A stretch of 64,000 nt of DNA from Raja brachyura (Eukaryota), in assembly GCA_963514005.1 (NCBI GenBank), contig OY740806.1:22196001-22260000 (forward strand), read 5' to 3'. Position 1 is the stretch's first letter; each line of letters begins with the position of its first letter. The translations under genes and the position numbers were made by a program. The notes under the pieces were generated by a model. The model did not search any database. It saw nothing but the letters and a program-made list of their open reading frames with translations, and had not been told where the DNA came from. Positions 62,681 to 64,000 of the stretch are shown here, piece after piece.

Positions 62681-63425
62681 CGCACGATTGGCAGCCTTGC
62701 AACAGTCTGTCTGTTTTGTCGTCTTTTTTTTGTTATTTTTAGTGTGTTTTAAAAGTTTATGTAAATGTTCTCTGGTTTTATGTGGAGGAGGGGGAGGGGG
62801 TCGGGGGAACCTTTTTTAAAAAATCTCTTACCTTGCCGGAGTTGCAATTGTTTTCCGGGTCGTATCTCCGGTCGCTCTGCGGCCTAACATCGTGGAGCTG
62901 TAGGCCTCGCTCGGGACTGACTTTGAGCCACACCGCGGGGCGTGGACTTACCGTCGGAGCCGATCCCTTGCCTGGGATCGCTTCCACCGCGGCCTGCGGA
63001 TGTTACCATCGAGAGCTTGCAGTCTCGGGTAGAGACCGTAGACGTTGGGAGCTCCTACGATGCAGAAGGTTTGACCAGCCCCGACCCGGGGTCCGATCGC
63101 CGGCGCGGGGGAGCTGAGGTTCCCCCCGATGCTGGAGCTTGATCGCCCCGACATGGAGGGAGAAAGATTGCCCCGTCAACAGAAGGCTCGAGGCCCCTGA
63201 CCTCGGGAGAACAAAGAAGGGAAGAGATTTAACTTTTTTTTTGCCTTCCTTCACAGTGAAGAATATAGAGGAGTCACTGTGGTGGATCTTTATGTTAAAA
63301 TGTCTTTTGTGTGTTATGTTGCTTTTTATTTGTATGACTGACTTGGCAAATGAAATTCCTTGTATGTTGCAAAATATACTTGGCTAATAAAATATTATTG
63401 TATTGTATTGTATTGTATTGTATTG
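62672..63425 (+). mobile_element. Non-autonomous non-LTR retroelement with a GC-rich body and (TATTG)n tail
   Basis: Starts GGGGGCGCCG, ends aataaa + (tattg)n. Its 3' ~165 bp recur inverted at 19733-19899. Confidence 0.7.
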
Positions 63426-64000
63426 CAACCTTAAAATGTCCTTTCGTTAATCCAGGCAATAAGTCAACAGAACCTATTTTATGTTAAATTGTGGAAAGGA
63501 ATCGTCCAAGGGGTACAAACCAGGATAAAAGGAAGGGCCAAGTTCCCTTGGCAGAGTAGAAACCTCTAAGAGAAGAAGATTTAAGGAAATTAGAGAGGTG
63601 AGTAACATTTCTTTCACCTGGAGGGGTACTGAGGGCTCTGGGACTCACTGCCTGTGCTGGAAGAGAGTAAGAATTTTATAACACTTCAGAAATTCCATGG
63701 ATGAGCCCTTGAACAGTTATCCGGCAAAGCTATAGACTGAACTCAAACATTCTTCTTAGTATTTTGACGAAAATGGCAAATGTTTCGTGGTCTTTCATTA
63801 ACTTCAATTTTATTGACAGAAAACAGGAAAGCATCTGTGCAATTATATTTCTGTTAAAAAACATTCATATAACATGAGAAAAATCGAGGCCTGGTGGATC
63901 TCCCAAATTCCAAATGGTTTAATTGCATTGTGCAGTCTGGTCCAGAGACCTGTCATTCATTGAGGTCTCGATTTGATGTAGATTTGCACTAAGTTACTCA

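Noticed and set aside
63990-64000. Window ends in ttactca, possibly the donor (g)tgagtaa of the next upstream IGSF9B exon
   Set aside because: The exon would lie outside the window and cannot be verified.

Overview
Eukaryotic (vertebrate) DNA, AT-rich and repeat-dense. The repeat complement (HE1-like V-SINEs, CR1 LINEs, Penelope elements with hammerhead motifs, DIRS) points to a cartilaginous fish, probably a skate or ray (inference). The window holds the 3' half of IGSF9B (turtle homolog B) on the minus strand. I traced seven coding exons with GT-AG sites and consistent phases: 62177-61951, 60399-60315, 60210-60049 (TM), 46441-46396, 45644-43968, 12332-12211 and 7968-7739 (stop). About 7.7 kb of probable 3'UTR/downstream DNA follows. 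The introns contain a 5.2 kb non-autonomous DIRS1-type tyrosine-recombinase retrotransposon (47740-52937). Its termini and internal complementary region are almost perfectly preserved, the RT region is missing, a module is duplicated, and it carries a 5 x ~105 bp double-hairpin array. Also present are a Penelope GIY-YIG fragment, many short palindromic Penelope-derived hammerhead-bearing insertions, CR1 fragments, MITEs and one 140-N gap. Best leads: a synonymously diverged copy of part of the FN3 exon in the next intron, the structured array and architecture of the DIRS derivative, the foldback hammerhead elements, and a C-terminus ending TLLK instead of the PDZ-type TLL. All homology calls are from recall, not database searches.
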